Position numbers and translations under genes: made by a program. Of a DNA stretch of 64,000 bases, positions 60,356 through 64,000 are shown one piece after another. Numbering within the stretch: position 1 is the first letter of the stretch; every line of letters starts with the position of its first letter. This stretch comes from Candidatus Longimicrobiales bacterium M2_2A_002. Lineage in GTDB: Bacteria; Gemmatimonadota; Gemmatimonadetes; Longimicrobiales; RSA9. The stretch spans positions 33,459 through 97,458 of the forward strand of contig JBPRGE010000064.1 in the NCBI GenBank assembly GCA_051418035.1, read 5' to 3'. The notes under the pieces are model-generated. The model was not told the origin of the DNA. It ran no database searches and saw nothing but the letters and a program-made list of their open reading frames with translations.

Positions 60356-61425
60356 AGGAAGACCCAATGGACCATCCGAACCCGGATCCCGAGCCTGACA
60401 CTCCGCCCGACCTCCCAGGTGACCCGCCGGGCGAGCTCCCGACCGACCCGCGCCCCGACCCCCGACCCGGGGCCCCGGCGCGTTCGGCAGCGGACCGGCT
60501 GCTGGACGGCCTGTCCGACGTGGTGCTGGGCCAGGAGCGGCTGCTGCATCAGCTGGCCGTGACGGTCCTGGCCGGTGGACACGCGCTGGTGGAGGGGGTG
60601 CCCGGGACGGCCAAGACCCTTGCCGTGCGGGCGCTCTCCCGTGCGCTGGCGCTGCGGTTCCAGCGGGTCCAGTTCACGCCGGACCTCATGCCCACCGACC
60701 TGCTGGGCGTGAACGTGCTGGACGAGCGGAAGACGGACTTCGCGTTCCGACCGGGCCCGATCTTCACCGACCTGCTCCTGGCGGACGAGATCAACCGGGC
60801 CCCGGCCAAGACCCAGGCGGCGCTCCTCGAGGCGATGCAGGAGCGGCAGGTCACCACGGACGGCGAGACCCGGGAGCTGTCGGACCATTTCACCGTCCTG
60901 GCCACGCAGAACCCGGTGGACTTCGAGGGCACGTACCCGCTGCCTGAGGCCCAGATCGATCGGTTCCTCCTCAAGGCCGTGGTCGAGTACCCCGACGAGG
61001 ACGCCGAGGCCCGGATCCTCGACCGCTACGCCGACGGGTTCGATGCCAGCCGCACGGCCACGTTCCCCCTTGGCACCGTCCTCGATGCCGATGGGCTGAT
61101 GGCCCTCAAGGCGCAGGTCCGGGCCACGCACGTCGAGTCCAGTCTGCGCCGGTACATGACGCGTATCGTGCGGGCGACCCGGCAGCAGCCCGCGTTCAGC
61201 CTCGGGGCCAGCCCCCGGGCCGGCGTCGCCCTGTTCCTGGCCGTGCGGGCCGCCGCCGTCCTCGAGGGGCGGGATTTCGCCACGCCGGATGACGTGAAGG
61301 CCATGGCGCTCCCCGTGCTCCGGCACCGGGTCATGCTGACGCCGGAGGCGGAGGTGGAGGGGCGCGACGCGGACGCGTGGCTGACCACCGTGCTCGACAC
61401 CGTCGAGGTTCCGGACCACGGCTGA
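60352..61425 (+). CDS. MoxR family AAA+ ATPase
   Basis: GHALVEGVPGTAKT, QFTPDLMPTD, ADEINRAPAKTQ, TQNP..EGTYPLPEAQIDRF, GASPRA; Pro/Asp-rich N-terminus. Confidence 0.95.
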   Translation: MKEDPMDHPNPDPEPDTPPDLPGDPPGELPTDPRPDPRPGAPARSAADRLLDGLSDVVLGQERLLHQLAVTVLAGGHALVEGVPGTAKTLAVRALSRALALRFQRVQFTPDLMPTDLLGVNVLDERKTDFAFRPGPIFTDLLLADEINRAPAKTQAALLEAMQERQVTTDGETRELSDHFTVLATQNPVDFEGTYPLPEAQIDRFLLKAVVEYPDEDAEARILDRYADGFDASRTATFPLGTVLDADGLMALKAQVRATHVESSLRRYMTRIVRATRQQPAFSLGASPRAGVALFLAVRAAAVLEGRDFATPDDVKAMALPVLRHRVMLTPEAEVEGRDADAWLTTVLDTVEVPDHG

Positions 61426-61427
61426 CC

Positions 61428-62729
61428 ATGCCGCTCCCGTCCCGCACACTGCTTCTCCTGCTGGCCGGTGGCGCTGCACTCTTCCTCGTGTCGCCGGCCG
61501 CCGCCCTCACCGCGGACGCCGTCCTCCTGGCCACGGCGCTCCTGGACGCGTGGATCGCGCCACGCCCGGTGGTCGACCGCGAGCTCCCGGCCCAGCTGTC
61601 CCTCGGCGCTACCGGCATCGCCCGGCTGACTGTGCGGCTGATCGCCCGGGTAGCCGCTCCATGGGGGGACACGATCCGGGTCCGGATCACCGATGATCTC
61701 CCCGAGGCCGTCGACCGGCTGGGAGACGACGCCGCCGAGCTGCCCGCCCCGGGCGATGAGGCCGCCGGGTGGAGCTACCGGTTCCGGCCGTGGGAACGGG
61801 GCGTCCACGTCTTCGGCGACATCCACGTCCGCGTCCGGGGTCCACTGGGCCTCGCCTGGCGACAGCACCGGCTCGGGGGCCGCGACCCGGTGCTCGTCCT
61901 GCCCGGGCTCGCCGAGCTGCGACGGCACCGGCTCCTGGGGCTGAAGGAGCGGCTGCGTCGGGCCGGGGTGCGGAACGTCCGGCTCCGGGGCGAGGGCCAT
62001 GCGTTCGAGAGCCTGCGGGAGTACGTCCGGGGCGACGACCCGCGGACCATCGATTGGAAGGCCACGGCGCACCGGGGCGCACTGATCGTGCGGGAGTACG
62101 AGGCGGAGCGGAGCCAGAGTGTGGTCATTGCTCTCGACGCGGGCCGGATGATGAGTGAGCGGATCGGCGACCGGGAGCGGCTCGACCACGCCATGTCGTC
62201 GGCGCTCCTGCTGGCGGACGTCGCCCGGCTCCACGGCGACCGGGTCGGGTTCTTCGCGTTCGCCGACGAGGTGCTCGAGCAGCTGCCGCCCCGGCGTCTC
62301 GCCGTCGACCGGCTGGCCGATGCCATGGCCCGCGTGCCGACACGGACCGTGGAGCCGAACTACCCGCTGGCGTTCAACACCCTGCGCAGCAGTCTGAACC
62401 GCCGGGCCCTGGTGGTGATGTTCACCGATGTCATCGACCCGACGGCGTCCCATGCGCTCATCGCCCAGCTCTCCCGCTCCGCCCGCCGGCATCTGGTCCT
62501 GGCCGTGGCGCTGCGGAACCCCGCCCTGGAAACGTCGGCCGCCCGGCCCGTGGACGATGCCGCTGACGCGTACCGCCGGGCGGCGGCGGAAGAGATGCTC
62601 GAGGCCCGGAGCGTCGCCCTCGGCCAGATGCGGAGGGCGGGGATCCAGGTGGCCGATGTCACCCCGGCCGACATGGTCACCGCCGTCATCAACCGGTACC
62701 TCGAGCTCAAGTACCGAGGCCGCCTCTGA
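61428..62729 (+). CDS. DUF58 (vWA-like) protein
   Basis: FESLREYVRGDDPRTIDWKATA, VREYEAERSQ, LDAGRMM. Confidence 0.9.
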   Translation: MPLPSRTLLLLLAGGAALFLVSPAAALTADAVLLATALLDAWIAPRPVVDRELPAQLSLGATGIARLTVRLIARVAAPWGDTIRVRITDDLPEAVDRLGDDAAELPAPGDEAAGWSYRFRPWERGVHVFGDIHVRVRGPLGLAWRQHRLGGRDPVLVLPGLAELRRHRLLGLKERLRRAGVRNVRLRGEGHAFESLREYVRGDDPRTIDWKATAHRGALIVREYEAERSQSVVIALDAGRMMSERIGDRERLDHAMSSALLLADVARLHGDRVGFFAFADEVLEQLPPRRLAVDRLADAMARVPTRTVEPNYPLAFNTLRSSLNRRALVVMFTDVIDPTASHALIAQLSRSARRHLVLAVALRNPALETSAARPVDDAADAYRRAAAEEMLEARSVALGQMRRAGIQVADVTPADMVTAVINRYLELKYRGRL

Positions 62730-64000
62730 CCGCCGCCTCACGGCCGGCGAAAAGGAGATAGGCCGTCACCGCCAACGCGGCGGCCGCGGCGATGGTCAGC
62801 TTCACGCCGACGGCGATTGCCGCCGGGGAGACGAAGCCCTCGATGAGCCCGGCCAGCACCAGGAGCAGTGTGGTGCCGGCCAGGAGCGACACGGCCTCCC
62901 GCGCTCGCTCTGCCAGCGCGGTCGCGCGGGTCAGACGGCCGGGTGCGACGAGTCCGCTGCCGAGGATCAGCCCGGCAGCGCCTGCGATGCAGATGGCCAG
63001 CAGCTCCATGACCCCGTGGGGCGCCACGAACTCCAGGATCACCGGCATGGCGCCCTCGTTCCCGAAGAGCGCGAGGACGGCGCCCAGGTGGAGCCCGTTG
63101 AACACCAGCAGCGCCACCGTTCCGATCCCGGCCGTCACCCCCGCCGCGAACGCCAGGAAACTGACCTGCACGTTGTTCGTGATGATCCGCGACGAGAAGA
63201 TCGGCATGGCCACCTCGGGCACCTCCACGTACTGCCCGCCCTCCGCCGCCCGGGCCCGCGCCGTCTCCGCCCGGGCGATGACCGTCTGGGGCAGGAGCTC
63301 CCGCGCCAGCGACGGCTCCGCCCGGATGGCCCCGAAGGTCACCGCCATCGGAAGGAACAGTGAGACCGCGGCTCCGGCCACGAACCACCGCCGGGCCCGG
63401 ACCCGGGACGGGAACCCGTGCCGGAGCCAGTCGACCAGTGCCGTCCACGTCTTCCCATCTCGTCGGTACAGCAGGTTGTGGCCCCGCCCGACCCACCGTT
63501 CCAGCGTGAACGCCAGCGGAGCCGGGGCGCCGTAGGTTCGGGTACGGGCCAGGTCGGCGGCCGTCGACCGGTAGAGCGCCGCGAACCGTTCGATCTCGGC
63601 CTCAGCCAGCGAATCGAGACCCCGGTCGTCGGCCCGGTCCAGCAGCCGCCGGTACTCGAGCCACCGGGCGCCCTGGCTCCGGATCAGCGATCCGACCAGC
63701 GGCGCAGACGTACCGCCCAGCGACCCGGTCCCGCGGCGATCCCGCTCCTCCCGGTACAGCGCCGCCAGACGTGATTCCGTGTCGCCGGCCAGGTCGGATC
63801 GCGTCCGAAGCGGCTCGTTCAGCGCGTCCGCGAGCCGCGCGACGAGCCGCTCCCGGGCCGCCGGCGCCAGCTCCTCCCGCCGGTCCATGAACCGGCCCAG
63901 GGCCGTGAAGACCGGGTCGTCGAGCCGAGGCGCTTCGGGACGGTGACGGATCAGTCGCTGCAGCTCCGATGGCGACAGCTCCAGGTCACCCCGGTCACGG
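62707..64000 (-). CDS. SpoIIM (DUF95) membrane protein, probably RDD-SpoIIM fusion (5' end outside window)
   Basis: LYRSTAADLARTRT, IITNNVQVSF, FNGLHLG, PHGVMEL, AGLIEGFVSP; the frame stays open to the window end. Confidence 0.85.
   Translation of the reverse strand, partial: RDRGDLELSPSELQRLIRHRPEAPRLDDPVFTALGRFMDRREELAPAARERLVARLADALNEPLRTRSDLAGDTESRLAALYREERDRRGTGSLGGTSAPLVGSLIRSQGARWLEYRRLLDRADDRGLDSLAEAEIERFAALYRSTAADLARTRTYGAPAPLAFTLERWVGRGHNLLYRRDGKTWTALVDWLRHGFPSRVRARRWFVAGAAVSLFLPMAVTFGAIRAEPSLARELLPQTVIARAETARARAAEGGQYVEVPEVAMPIFSSRIITNNVQVSFLAFAAGVTAGIGTVALLVFNGLHLGAVLALFGNEGAMPVILEFVAPHGVMELLAICIAGAAGLILGSGLVAPGRLTRATALAERAREAVSLLAGTTLLLVLAGLIEGFVSPAAIAVGVKLTIAAAAALAVTAYLLFAGREAAVRGGLGT

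Noticed and set aside
60361-60480. Pro/Asp-rich repeats at the MoxR N-terminus
   Set aside because: Ordinary low-complexity tail, common in GC-rich genomes.

Overview
A very GC-rich (visually about 70%) bacterial chromosomal segment. Gene content and style suggest Gemmatimonadota/Longimicrobiales (inference, not verified). It is densely coding; I saw no rRNA, tRNA, CRISPR array, transposase or integrase. In order: an arsenic/organoarsenical island (arsM, arsN2, metallophosphoesterase, acr3, converging on arsR, arsP-like permease, small thioredoxin) with paired AATCG-N6-CGATT operators and internally deleted Trx/CcdA relics; a TetR unit with palindromic operators; a BTAD-TM-TolB regulator; CDF and Lrp genes; a two-gene blue-copper module (lipoprotein-cupredoxin plus putative beta-barrel-cupredoxin fusion); a TonB receptor with two tandem mosaic lipoproteins; a Ser/Thr kinase-ECF sigma pair divergent from a large orphan lipoprotein; a fadB-fadA-ACAD-FeS oxidoreductase-etfBA beta-oxidation operon; monomeric IDH; accessory genes; ftsH; a PadR/membrane protein pair; rsgA; three CNNM/CorC paralogs; yqgE; and a MoxR-DUF58-DUF4350-DUF4129-RDD/SpoIIM cluster. 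Best novelty candidates are the beta-barrel-cupredoxin module (possible copper-based outer-membrane electron or Cu conduit), the kinase/ECF-linked orphan lipoprotein, the Cys-motif ars metallophosphoesterase, and several intact genes that seem to begin at non-canonical start codons. All family assignments are from motif recognition only; no database search was run.
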